NCBI GenBank assembly: GCA_963748265.1
Contig: CAVVIG010000009.1
Location: forward strand, 332,661-396,660
Origin: an uncultured Acidobacteriota bacterium
GTDB taxonomy: Bacteria; Acidobacteriota; Vicinamibacteria; Vicinamibacterales; CAVVIG01
DNA: 64,000 bases
Reading direction: 5' to 3'
Under the pieces are notes generated by a model. It did not search any database. It saw only the letters and a program-made list of their open reading frames with translations, and was not told the origin of the DNA. Positions 11,882 through 21,077 of this stretch are shown here, one piece after another (within the stretch, counting starts at the first letter, position 1; every line of letters begins with the position of its first letter). Position numbers and translations under genes: made by a program.

Positions 11882-12309
11882 GTGGGAACGCTCTCTTCGG
11901 AGCTGGCGGCACACGCCGAACGCCTATCGCCACGCCCGCGCATCTACGCCGATGCCAACGTGCCCGCCGGCATCGTCACGTACATGCGCGAAGAGCTCGG
12001 ATGGGACGTGCTGTTCGTCATCGAGGACGACGACGCTGCGCCGCGCCCCCGATGGGCGCGCACTACCGGCTCGCGCAACAGCTCCGCCGCACGCTGGTGA
12101 CGCTCGATCGCGACTACCTCGACGACCGGCGCTTCCCGCCGCAGCAGGGCGGCGGCGTGCTCGTCGTGAGCGCGCCCGATAATCGCCGGCTGTCCGCGCT
12201 GCTCGCCCGCATCGACCGTGTGCTTTTCGATCGCAAGGGGGACCGCGCGGGGCTGCCGCTCGAAGGGCGCAAGCTGCAGGTCCACACTGACTGGCGCCCG
12301 GACGCCTGA
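11882..12309 (+). CDS. DUF5615-type PIN-like protein (toxin-like), one frameshift near 12040
   Basis: IYADANVPAGIVTYMREELGWDVLFVIEDDD / GAHYRLAQQLRRTLVTLDRDYLDDRRFPPQQGGGVLVV follows the DUF5615 pattern (DxNxP...G.DV...D.DF....GV). The stop overlaps the nagA start. Confidence 0.45.
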
Positions 12310-13520
12310 TGATTGCGCTCACCGGCGCGGATGTCGTGCTCGCAGACGGCGTCGCCCGGCCTGCGACGCTCCTTCTGCATGAGGGGCGCATCGCGGCGAT
12401 CGGCCCGAACGCGGACGCCTCCGCGGCCGCCGAATGGTGCTCGCTCCACGATCGCCTCATCGTCCCCGGCTTCGTCGACGTACACGTCCACGGTGTGGCC
12501 GGCACCGATACGCTGGACGACGGCGACGCGGTGGCGCGGATTGCGGCGGCCCTGCCGGCGTTCGGCGTCACCGCCTTCTGCCCGACGACGGTCGCGTGCC
12601 CGCCGGCGGATCTGCGGCGAGTGCTCGATCAGGTCCGCCGTGCGCGTGCCGCCCCCGCGCCGCATGCCGCGCGCGTCCTGCCGGCCCACCTCGAGAGCAA
12701 CTTCATCAGCCCGGAGTACCGCGGCGCGCAACCGTTGTCATGTCTTCGCCGCTTTTCCGGGGGCCGAAGCCAGGGCGATCGCGATGGTGCGGGTGAGAAC
12801 GACTTCGCAGCGGCCGACGTGCTGCAGGAGATCGAGCGCGCCGGGGGAGACGTTGGCGTCGTCACCCTCGCCCCGGAGATCGACGGTGGACCGGAGCTGA
12901 TCGCGTGGCTGCTTGCGCGCGGCGTGCGTGTGTCGCTGGGCCACTCGGGGGCGACGTTCGAGCAGGCCCGGGCGGCCATCGCCGCCGGCGCGAGCCGGGC
13001 GACCCACCTGTTCAATCGCATGGCGCCGCTCGACCACCGACGCCCCGGGCTCGCCGGCGCGGTGCTCGCGAGCGATGCCGTCGCCGCGGAACTGATTTGC
13101 GACGCCGTTCATGTCCACCCCGCCATCGTCCGCGCCACTGTGGCTGCGAAGGGTGCGTCGCGGGTGATGGCGATCAGCGACGGAACGGCCGCCGCCGCGT
13201 TGCCGGCCGGCGCGTCCGCGCAGCTCGGCGGACGTCGCATCGTGGCCGCCAACGGATGCGCGCGGCTCGATGACGGCACGATGGCCGGCAGCGTGCTGAC
13301 GCTCGACGCCGCGTTCCGGTCGTTGAGGGAGATGGGATTCACCGCGTTCGACGCCGCAACCATGTGCGCGACCACGCCGGCGCGCGAGCTGGGGCTGCAC
13401 GGGTCCGGCGTCGTGGCCGAGGGTGCCGTCGCTGACCTGGCCGTACTGGACCGGAACGGTAGGGTCGTGCAGACCTGGATTGGCGGGACGCTCGTGTACG
13501 AACGCGGCCACGCCGATTGA
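12309..13520 (+). CDS. nagA: N-acetylglucosamine-6-phosphate deacetylase
   Basis: Intact 403-aa ORF: VPGFVDVHVHGVAG...LGHSGATFEQARAAIAAGASRATHLFNRM...AELICDAVHVHP...ISDG...DLAVLD. Confidence 0.85.
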   Translation: MIALTGADVVLADGVARPATLLLHEGRIAAIGPNADASAAAEWCSLHDRLIVPGFVDVHVHGVAGTDTLDDGDAVARIAAALPAFGVTAFCPTTVACPPADLRRVLDQVRRARAAPAPHAARVLPAHLESNFISPEYRGAQPLSCLRRFSGGRSQGDRDGAGENDFAAADVLQEIERAGGDVGVVTLAPEIDGGPELIAWLLARGVRVSLGHSGATFEQARAAIAAGASRATHLFNRMAPLDHRRPGLAGAVLASDAVAAELICDAVHVHPAIVRATVAAKGASRVMAISDGTAAAALPAGASAQLGGRRIVAANGCARLDDGTMAGSVLTLDAAFRSLREMGFTAFDAATMCATTPARELGLHGSGVVAEGAVADLAVLDRNGRVVQTWIGGTLVYERGHAD

Positions 13521-13603
13521 CCTCCGGCGGGCCGAATGAACGCGGCCGCCGCCGCAACCGTCTAAGGCTTCATTCGCGGCTGTTCCCGCGGTGGAGGCTT
13601 TTC

Positions 13604-14455
13604 ATGTCGATTCCATCCCCTTCGATGCCTGCGCGCCTGCTTGCAGCTGGGCTGTGCATGGCCGTTGCGGGCTGCGTGGACATCTCGGCCGGCGAAAGCC
13701 ACATGATCGAGCGGGTCGAGAAGCGCTACACGGTGACCGGAACTCCGCAGGTCAAGGTGGGCACCTTCGACGGCCGCGTGACCGTGTCGACCTGGGATCG
13801 GCCCGAGGTGCTCGTCACGATCGAGAAGTACGCCATGGACCAGGCGTCCGCGGACCGTATGGAGGTGGTCGCGACCCAGGACGGCGACCGTATCGAGGTG
13901 CAGGTCCGCCAGGAGCGTTTGAGCGGGTTGAACTTCAACTTCGGACCGCACGGCGCCCGGCTGATCGTGTCGCTGCCGGCGCGCTCGGTCCTCGACGCGT
14001 CCAGCGGCGACGGCCGCATCGAGGTCCGCGACCTCGAAGGCGATCTCACGGTGCGCACCGGGGACGGTGCGATCAGGCTCGAGAACGTGACGGGCAGCGT
14101 GAATGCGCGCTCCGGCGACGGGTCGGTTTCCGTCGACGGCGCGCCGCGCAGCCTTCACGTCCGCTCCGGCGACGGACGGGTGGCGGTTCGTGCTGCCCCT
14201 GGCACGAAAGCCGAGAGCGAGTGGGACATCTCGACGGGGGATGGGTCGGTGGTGCTCGAAGTGCCCGAGGGCTTCGGTGCCGAGCTCGATGCGAGCACCG
14301 GCGATGGACGCGTGACCGTTCGGGATGTGCCGTACAGCGGCGCGTCGGGGTCGCGCGAGCATCGTGCCTCGCGTGGACGCATCGGGGACGGCGGGCCGAC
14401 CATCCGCATCCGCAGCGGCGATGGGTCGATTGCCGTCCGTCGGATCGATTCCTGA
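13604..14455 (+). CDS. DUF4097-family beta-repeat lipoprotein (putative adhesin-like)
   Basis: MSIPSPSMPARLLAAGLCMAVAGC (lipobox VAGC) is followed by repeated SGDG.I.V / TGDG.V.V strands (SSGDGRIEV, RTGDGAIRL, RSGDGSVSV, RSGDGRVAV, STGDGSVVL, STGDGRVTV, RSGDGSIAV). A GGTGGAGG Shine-Dalgarno sequence lies upstream. Confidence 0.75.
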   Translation: MSIPSPSMPARLLAAGLCMAVAGCVDISAGESHMIERVEKRYTVTGTPQVKVGTFDGRVTVSTWDRPEVLVTIEKYAMDQASADRMEVVATQDGDRIEVQVRQERLSGLNFNFGPHGARLIVSLPARSVLDASSGDGRIEVRDLEGDLTVRTGDGAIRLENVTGSVNARSGDGSVSVDGAPRSLHVRSGDGRVAVRAAPGTKAESEWDISTGDGSVVLEVPEGFGAELDASTGDGRVTVRDVPYSGASGSREHRASRGRIGDGGPTIRIRSGDGSIAVRRIDS

Positions 14456-14473
14456 TCCGGCCGGGCGGGCCGC

Positions 14474-15172
14474 TCACCCCGTGAAGGTCCGCTCCACGTA
14501 GTCGGTCGGGTCGATCACGCCTGCCTGCAGGAACGCGTCGTGGCGCTCCCGGCACTTGCTGCAGCCGCCGCAGTGCCGGGGAAGGCCCTCGCCGTTCCAG
14601 ACCGGGCTCATACACGACAGCGTCAGATCCATCCGCACGCCCGCCCGCTCCCCCCGCCTCACGACATCCGCCTTCTCCACCTGTGCGTACGGTGCGGCGA
14701 TCTCGATGCGGTGATCGAGGCCGAGCGACAGCGCGTGTGCCATCGCGTCCCGAAACTCCGGTGTCGCGTCCGGGAACGGGTTGTGATCGAGCGTGCCGAT
14801 CGCGACGCGGGGGATTCCGGCCGCCGCACAGAAGATCGCGGCCTTTCCGAGCAGCACGATGTTGCGTCCCGGCAGGTAAACATCTTCGTCCGGCGTGTGG
14901 TACGCCGGTGCGTCGCCGCGCAGCGCCCAGTGTGCCGCCGGGTAGACGTCGGTCATGTCGACCGACAGCGACGCGAGCGGCCGGATGCGCGGGCCGCCGG
15001 TCTCGGCGAGGAAGCGATGCACCACCTCGCGTTCGGCCGCCTCCCAGGCGAGTCCGACGCTGACGTAGACAGGCTGGACGTCGCCGTGCTCGGCCTCTTC
15101 GGCGAGCAGAACGGCGCTGTCGAGGCCCCCGGAGAGAAGAACGGCGGAAAGCACGTCGATACCGGCTCTCAA
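14474..15172 (-). CDS. queC: 7-cyano-7-deazaguanine synthase
   Basis: AVLLSGGLDSAVLL (PP-loop) and a C-terminal zinc motif, CMSPV...HCGGCSKCRER. The start may be GTG 15154 rather than TTG 15172. Confidence 0.9.
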   Translation of the reverse strand: MRAGIDVLSAVLLSGGLDSAVLLAEEAEHGDVQPVYVSVGLAWEAAEREVVHRFLAETGGPRIRPLASLSVDMTDVYPAAHWALRGDAPAYHTPDEDVYLPGRNIVLLGKAAIFCAAAGIPRVAIGTLDHNPFPDATPEFRDAMAHALSLGLDHRIEIAAPYAQVEKADVVRRGERAGVRMDLTLSCMSPVWNGEGLPRHCGGCSKCRERHDAFLQAGVIDPTDYVERTFTG

Positions 15173-15193
15173 GATAGTATCGTCACCACGGAT

Positions 15194-15601
15194 ATGTACT
15201 CAGTCACCAAGCGCATCGACTTCTGTTACGGTCACCGGCTGCTCGACTACGACGGCGTCTGCAAGCATCCGCACGGGCACAACGCGGTCGCGGAGATCGA
15301 GGTCCGGACCGATCAACTCGACACCCGCAACATGGTGTGCGACTTCAGCGACATCAAGCGGATCGTCAAGGGGTGGATCGATCGCGAGCTCGATCACAAG
15401 ATGATCCTCCGCCACGACGACCCGCTCGTGGCGCCCCTCAAGGCGCTGGGCGAACCGATCTTCATCGTCGACAGTAACCCGACGGTCGAACGGCTCGCGC
15501 GCCTCATCTTCGACTACGCGGCGGAACAGCGGCTGCCTGTCGTTCGCGTCACGGTGTGGGAGACGCCGACATCGTTCGCCGAGTACCGGTCGGAGCAGTG
15601 A
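15194..15601 (+). CDS. queD: 6-carboxy-5,6,7,8-tetrahydropterin synthase
   Basis: MYSVTKRIDFCYGHRLLDYDGVCKHPHGHNAVAEIEV...WETPTSFAEY. The C-x-x-x-H-G-H motif of QueD/PTPS is present. It is divergent from queC. Confidence 0.9.
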   Translation: MYSVTKRIDFCYGHRLLDYDGVCKHPHGHNAVAEIEVRTDQLDTRNMVCDFSDIKRIVKGWIDRELDHKMILRHDDPLVAPLKALGEPIFIVDSNPTVERLARLIFDYAAEQRLPVVRVTVWETPTSFAEYRSEQ

Positions 15602-15644
15602 GGGGCCGGCCGGCGCGCTGCGGCCTCCGGCGGTCGGCGGGCCG

Positions 15645-16298
15645 GTGAGTCTTCCCGCCCTCATCGTCTTCGATCTCGACGGTACCCTCGTCGACTCGCT
15701 CCGCGACCTGGCGGAGTCGGCCAACGAGCTGCTCACCGCGTGCGGCTGCGCCCCGCATCCGGAAGCGGCCATTGGACGAATGGTGGGCGAGGGGGCGGCC
15801 ACGCTCGTGGCTCGTGCCTTTGCGGCGGCCGGCGCCGTGCCGCCTCCCGACGCCCTCGAGCACTTCCTCGCCATCTACGACGCTCGACCGCTCCGCCATA
15901 CGCGCCCCTATGCCGGCGTCCCGGAACTGCTGACGAAGCTCGCTGACGCTTCGACGCTGGCTGTGCTCACGAACAAGCCACTGGCCGCCACGCGCGCGAT
16001 CCTCGTCGGCCTCGAGCTCCTGCCGTATTTTGGCGCGCGGGTCATTGGCGGCGACGGCCCGCTCCCGCGGAAGCCGGACCCGGCAGGGCTGCTTTCCCTT
16101 ATCGAGGCGCGGACGACGCCGGCCGATACGGTGATGGTGGGCGACTCGCCGGTGGATCTGCGGACGGCCCGGGCGGCAGGCGCGAAGGGCTGCGTGGCGC
16201 GGTATGGCTTTGGGGCCGCGGCGTTTACCAATGACGAGCTTGAAAAATCCGATTACGTGATTAGCAAACCCCTTGAGCTTCTGTCGGCTCTACTGTAG
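15645..16298 (+). CDS. HAD-superfamily phosphoglycolate phosphatase-like hydrolase
   Basis: LIVFDLDGTLVDS (motif I), VLTNKP (motif II), KPDPAGLL and VMVGDSPVDLRTARAAG (motifs III/IV). Confidence 0.8.
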   Translation: MSLPALIVFDLDGTLVDSLRDLAESANELLTACGCAPHPEAAIGRMVGEGAATLVARAFAAAGAVPPPDALEHFLAIYDARPLRHTRPYAGVPELLTKLADASTLAVLTNKPLAATRAILVGLELLPYFGARVIGGDGPLPRKPDPAGLLSLIEARTTPADTVMVGDSPVDLRTARAAGAKGCVARYGFGAAAFTNDELEKSDYVISKPLELLSALL

Positions 16299-16383
16299 GG
16301 TTACGCTGCGCTCGAGGTGGTCATCTGTTCAGCTGTACTGCAAGTCTGAAAATCAAGGTGAGCAATAGTACGTAAAATCGGTT

Positions 16384-16399
16384 TGGCATTTGGGTTGCT
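16384..16399 (+). promoter_or_regulatory. Sigma-54 (-24/-12) promoter upstream of the gas-vesicle cluster
   Basis: TGGCATTTGGGTTGCT compared with the consensus TGGCAC-N5-TTGCW: GG and GC are exactly 12 nt apart. It sits in an AT-rich spacer, 49-70 nt upstream of the first gvp start (16448/16469). Confidence 0.6.
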
Positions 16400-16447
16400 G
16401 AGATAAGAACATCCCGACGTGACTGTGCCGCTCGTGGCCGTGGCGGG

Positions 16448-16801
16448 GTGTCACGACTTACCGAAACTATGCCGACGTCACTCTCCGACGGGCACGGGCG
16501 TTCCACCGGTCTCGTCGACGTCCTCGACCGTGTGCTCGACAAGGGGCTGGTCGTGGCTGGCGACATCAAGGTGTCGCTCGCCGAAGTCGAGCTCCTCACG
16601 ATACGGATCCGTCTGCTCATTTGCTCCATCGACAAGGCCGAGCAGATCGGTCTCGACTGGTGGAAGTTCGATCACCACCTCTCGCCAGGGAAGCAGGCGC
16701 TGTCGGCGGAGAACGAGGAGCTGCGACGTGAGATTCGCGTGCTCGAACGCAGGCTCGCCTCGATGTCGCGGCGGCGACCGCCAGCGGGAGCACTGAAGTG
16801 A
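16448..16801 (+). CDS. gvpJ: Gas vesicle protein, GvpA/J family (GvpJ-like)
   Basis: [52 protein letters not shown] matches a GvpJ-type core, with a coiled-coil-like tail. An alternative start is ATG 16469. Confidence 0.85.
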   Translation: MSRLTETMPTSLSDGHGRSTGLVDVLDRVLDKGLVVAGDIKVSLAEVELLTIRIRLLICSIDKAEQIGLDWWKFDHHLSPGKQALSAENEELRREIRVLERRLASMSRRRPPAGALK

Positions 16802-16843
16802 TCGGGGCGGCCGTCGTGCGCCGGCATTCCCAGGGAGAAGCTG

Positions 16844-17179
16844 ATGCCCGTTGAACGCGCTGCCGGCGGCACGAGCCTGATCGACGTGCTCGATCGCGTC
16901 CTGGACAAGGGGATCGTGATCGATGCGTGGGTCCGGGTGTCGCTGGTCGGCATCGACCTGATCACCGTCGAGGCGCGCGTGGTCGTCGCCTCGATTGACA
17001 CATATCTCAAGTACTCCGAAGCGGTGGGTCAGGCCGCGCCTGTGAGCCGGCCGGCGATTGAATCCAAGCCGTATGAGGAACTCATTGCCGAGAATGCCGC
17101 ACTCAGGGCTCAGCTCCAGAGCAGCGTCAATGCCCGCAAGGCTGTTGTCGGACGCCGCCGCGCCCCCGCGCGCAGCTGA
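16844..17179 (+). CDS. gvpA: Gas vesicle structural protein GvpA
   Basis: [51 protein letters not shown] is near-canonical GvpA core sequence. Confidence 0.9.
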   Translation: MPVERAAGGTSLIDVLDRVLDKGIVIDAWVRVSLVGIDLITVEARVVVASIDTYLKYSEAVGQAAPVSRPAIESKPYEELIAENAALRAQLQSSVNARKAVVGRRRAPARS

Positions 17180-17198
17180 GCGAGCTGACCGAAACGGC

Positions 17199-19340
17199 GT
17201 GTCCGCTCACGCGCGTGCGGCCGCGTCCCGCGACGACCGCCTCGCCGCGCGGCTCCGGCTGCTCGAGGGCTTTCTCAGCCGCATCGAGCCGGCTGACTGT
17301 GCCTACTACGCGCTGCAATGGCTCGCCCAGACCCTCGGCATCTCGCGATCGCTCTGCCTGATTCGCCCCGCGCACGAACAGACGCTCATCGCCATCGCCT
17401 GGCACGGCTTCTCCTCCACGATCGCGACGGAGTTCTCCGTCAGCCTCGACGACTGGGGCAGCCCGCTGGTGCAGCTGCTCCACACGCATCGGCACGTGCG
17501 ATTTCCAGCCGCGCACACGTCGACCGAACGCCGCCGCCGTCCGGGGACCCCGTTCGAAGACACGGCGTTTCACGCGGTGCCGCTCGGTGGCGCGGGCTAC
17601 GCCAACGAGGCGTTCGGCCTGCTGCTCACCGGCAGCGCGCAGAGCACCGACGACCTCGCGTGGTTCAGCGCGGTCCTCGGGCAGAAGCTCGATCAGATCC
17701 TGCGGCAGAAGGAGCTCGCCGACGGCGACCATCGCCACGGCCGTGAGCGCTCCCTCCTCTACAGCATCATCAACGCCGTCTCCGACCCGATCCTGCTGAC
17801 CGACACCGAGGGCCGCCTGCTCATCGCCAATGCCCGCGCGCTGTCGCTCTTCACGTCGTCGGAGGAGGAGAGCGAGGGGCGACGCGGCGCGGTGCGGATG
17901 AACAACATGCTGCTGTCGTCGGGGCTCTCGAGCAAGGCGCTCGAGGAGTCGGGCGCGGCGCGGCGGGAGCTGGTGCTCGTGAACCCGGTGGACGGCTCCG
18001 ACCTGGTGTTCGAGCTCCTGAGCACGGCGACTGAAGATCCGCGCCACGGCACCGGCATCGTGTCGATCCTGCGCAACGTGACCGACCTGCGTCGCGCCGG
18101 CGAGGAGATCGAGGACAACTACCGCCGGCTGCGCATCGCCGAGGCGCAGGCGCGCACCGAGGGCGATCGGCTGAACCTGATCATCGACTCGGTGGCCGAT
18201 CCGATCGTCGTCACCGACTCGGGGGGCGCGACGTCGCTGATGAACGAGCCGGCGGAGCGGCTGTTCACGATCAAGGCCGCGGCAGGACCCTCGGAGCAGC
18301 GCGCCGTGCAGGCCAACGACGCGCACTTCTCGTCGTTCATCGCCGGCATGCTCCTCAGCCCGGATCAGCGTCGTGTCGGCGACATCGCCCTCACCGATCC
18401 AGGCAGCGGGAGCCCGATGCCGGTCGAGGCGATTGCCGGCAAGGTGCTGTCGCCGCGGGGCGAGCTGACGGCGGTCGTCACAATCCTGCACGATCGCCGC
18501 GAGGCGCTCGAGAAAGCCCGCCTCTTCGAGCAGCTGAAGGAAGCGTCCGACGAACTGGAACGAAAGATCCAGGCGGCTACCGCCGATATCGCGCAACAGA
18601 ACGAGCTGCTGCGCCGCCAGGCGATCGCGCTCGAACAGGCGTCGATGCTCAAGTCGCAGTTCCTCGCGAACATGTCGCACGAGTTCCGCACCCCGCTGAA
18701 CGCGATCCTCGGCTACACCTCGATGCTGCTGCAGGGGGTGAGCGGGCCGATCGAGGGTCCGGCGCGGCGTCAGCTCGGACGGATCGAATCCAACGGCCGC
18801 CACCTGCTCACGATCATCAACGAGATCCTCGACATCTCCAGGATCGAGGCGGGCCGGATGCCGCTGCAGGTCTCGCGCGTCAACCTGCGCGAGCTGCTGA
18901 ACGAAGTCCGGGCGGAGCTCGAGCCGATCATCCTGCGCTCGAAGCTGGAGGTGACGCTCGTCGTCGCGCGCGACCTCCCGCCCATGTCGACCGATCGGCA
19001 GAAGGTGAAGCAGATCCTCCTCAATCTGCTGAGCAACGCGCTGAAGTTCACACATGAGGGGTCGGTGAGGATCACCGCCCGCCGGCGTCCCAACGAACGT
19101 GCTTTCGAGCTCCAGGTCGCGGACACCGGCATCGGCATTGGCGCGGCCGACCAGGAGCGCATCTTCGAAGACTTCCGCCAGCTCGATAACACGCCGACGC
19201 GTCCGTACGGCGGCACGGGCCTGGGGCTGTCCATCTGCCGCCGACTCGCCAAGATGCTGGGCGGATCGATCAGGGTGCACAGTCAGGCAGGCGCCGGGTC
19301 CACGTTCACGTTGACACTTCCATCACAGGGCAGGAGATGA
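17199..19340 (+). CDS. Soluble sensor histidine kinase (GAF-like N-domain, two PAS-like domains, HisKA, HATPase_c)
   Basis: Intact ORF (track 17058-19340). The likely start is GVSAH at GTG 17199, or ATG 17130 overlapping gvpA. H-box: FLANMSHEFRTPLNAILGY. N/G boxes: LLNLLSNALKFT, DTGIGI, GGTGLGLSICRRLAKMLGG. No hydrophobic transmembrane stretch was seen. Confidence 0.85.
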   Translation: MSAHARAAASRDDRLAARLRLLEGFLSRIEPADCAYYALQWLAQTLGISRSLCLIRPAHEQTLIAIAWHGFSSTIATEFSVSLDDWGSPLVQLLHTHRHVRFPAAHTSTERRRRPGTPFEDTAFHAVPLGGAGYANEAFGLLLTGSAQSTDDLAWFSAVLGQKLDQILRQKELADGDHRHGRERSLLYSIINAVSDPILLTDTEGRLLIANARALSLFTSSEEESEGRRGAVRMNNMLLSSGLSSKALEESGAARRELVLVNPVDGSDLVFELLSTATEDPRHGTGIVSILRNVTDLRRAGEEIEDNYRRLRIAEAQARTEGDRLNLIIDSVADPIVVTDSGGATSLMNEPAERLFTIKAAAGPSEQRAVQANDAHFSSFIAGMLLSPDQRRVGDIALTDPGSGSPMPVEAIAGKVLSPRGELTAVVTILHDRREALEKARLFEQLKEASDELERKIQAATADIAQQNELLRRQAIALEQASMLKSQFLANMSHEFRTPLNAILGYTSMLLQGVSGPIEGPARRQLGRIESNGRHLLTIINEILDISRIEAGRMPLQVSRVNLRELLNEVRAELEPIILRSKLEVTLVVARDLPPMSTDRQKVKQILLNLLSNALKFTHEGSVRITARRRPNERAFELQVADTGIGIGAADQERIFEDFRQLDNTPTRPYGGTGLGLSICRRLAKMLGGSIRVHSQAGAGSTFTLTLPSQGRR

Positions 19341-19774
19341 CAAGAATCAAAACCGATCGGCCGAAGGTGCTTCTGGTCGACGACTACCCGGATGCCCGCG
19401 AGATGTACAGCGAGTACCTCCAGTTTTCGGGCTTCGAGGTCGTGGAGGCCGCCAACGGCATCGAGGCCCTGCAGCGGGCGGTCGACACCGCCCCAGACAT
19501 CATCCTGATGGATTTGTCGCTGCCGGTCATGGACGGCTGGGAGGCGACCCGTCGTCTCAAGGCGGACGGACGGACCGCGGACATCCCCGTGGTCGCCCTC
19601 ACCGGGCACGCGTTGGCGGGCATTTCGGAGGGCGCCCGCCAGGCGGGCTGCGACGCCTTCGTCACCAAACCGTGCCTGCCCGAGGATCTGGTACGCGAAA
19701 TTCGCAAGGTCCTCGACGACATCGCCTCGCGCGGACCGCGCCGGAGTGGCGGGTATGCGAAAACCATCGGCTAG
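19337..19774 (+). CDS. Receiver-only response regulator (CheY-like)
   Basis: KVLLVDDYPDAREMY...DIILMDLSLPVMDGWEATRRLK...PVVALTGHA...CDAFVTKP. At 145 aa there is no output domain. The ATG overlaps the kinase stop (ATGA). Confidence 0.9.
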   Translation: MTRIKTDRPKVLLVDDYPDAREMYSEYLQFSGFEVVEAANGIEALQRAVDTAPDIILMDLSLPVMDGWEATRRLKADGRTADIPVVALTGHALAGISEGARQAGCDAFVTKPCLPEDLVREIRKVLDDIASRGPRRSGGYAKTIG

Positions 19775-20758
19775 CGCACGCCCCTCCGGGCGCGGCGCTC
19801 CCCGAGTCCCCAGGGCGGCGTCGCGCGCGAGGGCGCCGCCGGAAAGTCGGCACGTGCGAAGTCCGCGAAGGCGGCACCGAAGGGCAATGGCAAGGCGGTA
19901 AGTCTCAAGAGCACCCGCGGCCCGAAGAGGCCGGCCGCGACGCCCGAGCGCCCGAAGCTCCGGCCCGCGGCGCCCGCCGCAACCTCCGCCGAGAGCGAGA
20001 CGGGACTGACCAGCCGCGGGAAGTACGTCTACTGCATCATCGAGGCGGGCGAGCCGCTGCGGTTCGGCCCGATCGGCATCGGCGCCCAGCCGAGCGACGT
20101 GCACACGGTGCACTTCAGGAACCTGGCGGCGGTCGTCTCCGACGCACCGCTCGAAGTGCTCGACTCGACGCGCGAGAACGTGCTGGCGCACGAACGCGTC
20201 AACGAGACGGTGATGCGCGAGCACACCGTCATCCCGATGTCGTTCGGCACGATTTTCAAGACGCGCGACGACATCGTGGAACTGCTCCGGTCGGCGGCCG
20301 AGGCGTTCAACGACGTCCTGAACAAGATGCGCAACAAGCTCGAATTCGGGCTGAAGGTGCTCTGGGATCGGGACCAGGCGATCCGCGAGGTGGAGGGCGA
20401 AGACGACGACATCGGGCGCCTGAAGCAGGAGATCTCGGTGCAGAAGGGGCCGACCTATTTCGCGCGCATGCAGTACGGCCGTCTGGTCGACGCGGCGCTG
20501 CAGGCCCGTTCGGAGCGCTACATGCCGGCGATCCTGGACGAGCTGCGCGACGTGTCGGTCGCCTCCCGCATCAACAAGCCGATCGGCGACAAGATGATCA
20601 TGAACGCCGCGTTCCTGATCTCGCGCGACCGCGAGGGCGCCTTCGACCAGAAGGTGAAGCTCATCGCCGGCCGCTTCGACCGGCTCACGTTCAAGTACAC
20701 CGGGCCGTGGCCTCCCTATAATTTCGTGAACATACGCCTGAAGCTCGAACGGGCCTGA
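19755..20758 (+). CDS. gvpF: Gas vesicle protein GvpF/GvpL family, with Lys/Ala/Pro-rich N-terminal extension; probable frameshift near the 5' end
   Basis: GKYVYCIIEAGEPLRFGPIGIGAQPSDVHTVHFRNLAAVVSDAPLEVLDSTRENVLAHERVNETVMREHTVIPMSFGTIF...FKYTGPWPPYNFV. No in-frame start lies between the response-regulator stop and KYVYC, so ATG 19755 plus one frameshift is inferred. Confidence 0.75.
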
Positions 20759-20765
20759 TCGCCTG

Positions 20766-21011
20766 ATGTTCATCCTCGATTCGCTGCTGATCGGCTCCCT
20801 GCGCTTCGTGCTCGACGAAGCTGCTAGCCGCCGCCGAAGCGAGGCGCCGACGACACGGCGCTCCGCGAGCAGCTCCTCGAGGCCCAGATGCGTCTCGAAA
20901 TCGGCGAGCTCGAATCACGAACGAGGTATACCAGGCGGTCGAGCGCGAGGTGCTCGCGCGCATCCGCCTGCTGAGGGGCGTCGTGAGGGTGAGCCGGTCA
21001 CGCTGACCTAG
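20766..21011 (+). CDS. gvpG: Gas vesicle protein GvpG; frameshifted
   Basis: MFILDSLLIGSLRFVLD..., then in shifted frames ALREQLLEAQMRLEIGELE and ITNEVYQAVEREVLARIRLLRG. This is the typical GvpG layout. Confidence 0.7.
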   Translation: MFILDSLLIGSLRFVLDEAASRRRSEAPTTRRSASSSSRPRCVSKSASSNHERGIPGGRARGARAHPPAEGRREGEPVTLT

Positions 21012-21077
21012 CCTGGCGTCGAAGGGGCGGGACGTCGAGGCCACGACGATTGGGAGCGAACTCGACGACGTGATCGA

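Noticed and set aside
15155-15193. Possible preQ1 riboswitch between divergent queC and queD
   Set aside because: The spacer is only 21-39 nt, too short for any preQ1 aptamer class. Only a TAGTAT -10-like hexamer is visible.
17385-17405. TGGCACGGCTTCTCC, and other TGGCA strings (about 39536, about 60245), as additional sigma-54 promoters
   Set aside because: No GC dinucleotide lies at the required 12-nt offset, and two of the three sit inside coding sequence.
17127-20773. Minus-strand ORFs of 717 aa (17127-19280) and 496 aa (19283-20773) antisense to the histidine kinase, response regulator and gvpF
   Set aside because: The composition is low-complexity and Arg-rich, with no motifs. The plus-strand products carry textbook HisKA/HATPase, receiver and GvpF motifs.
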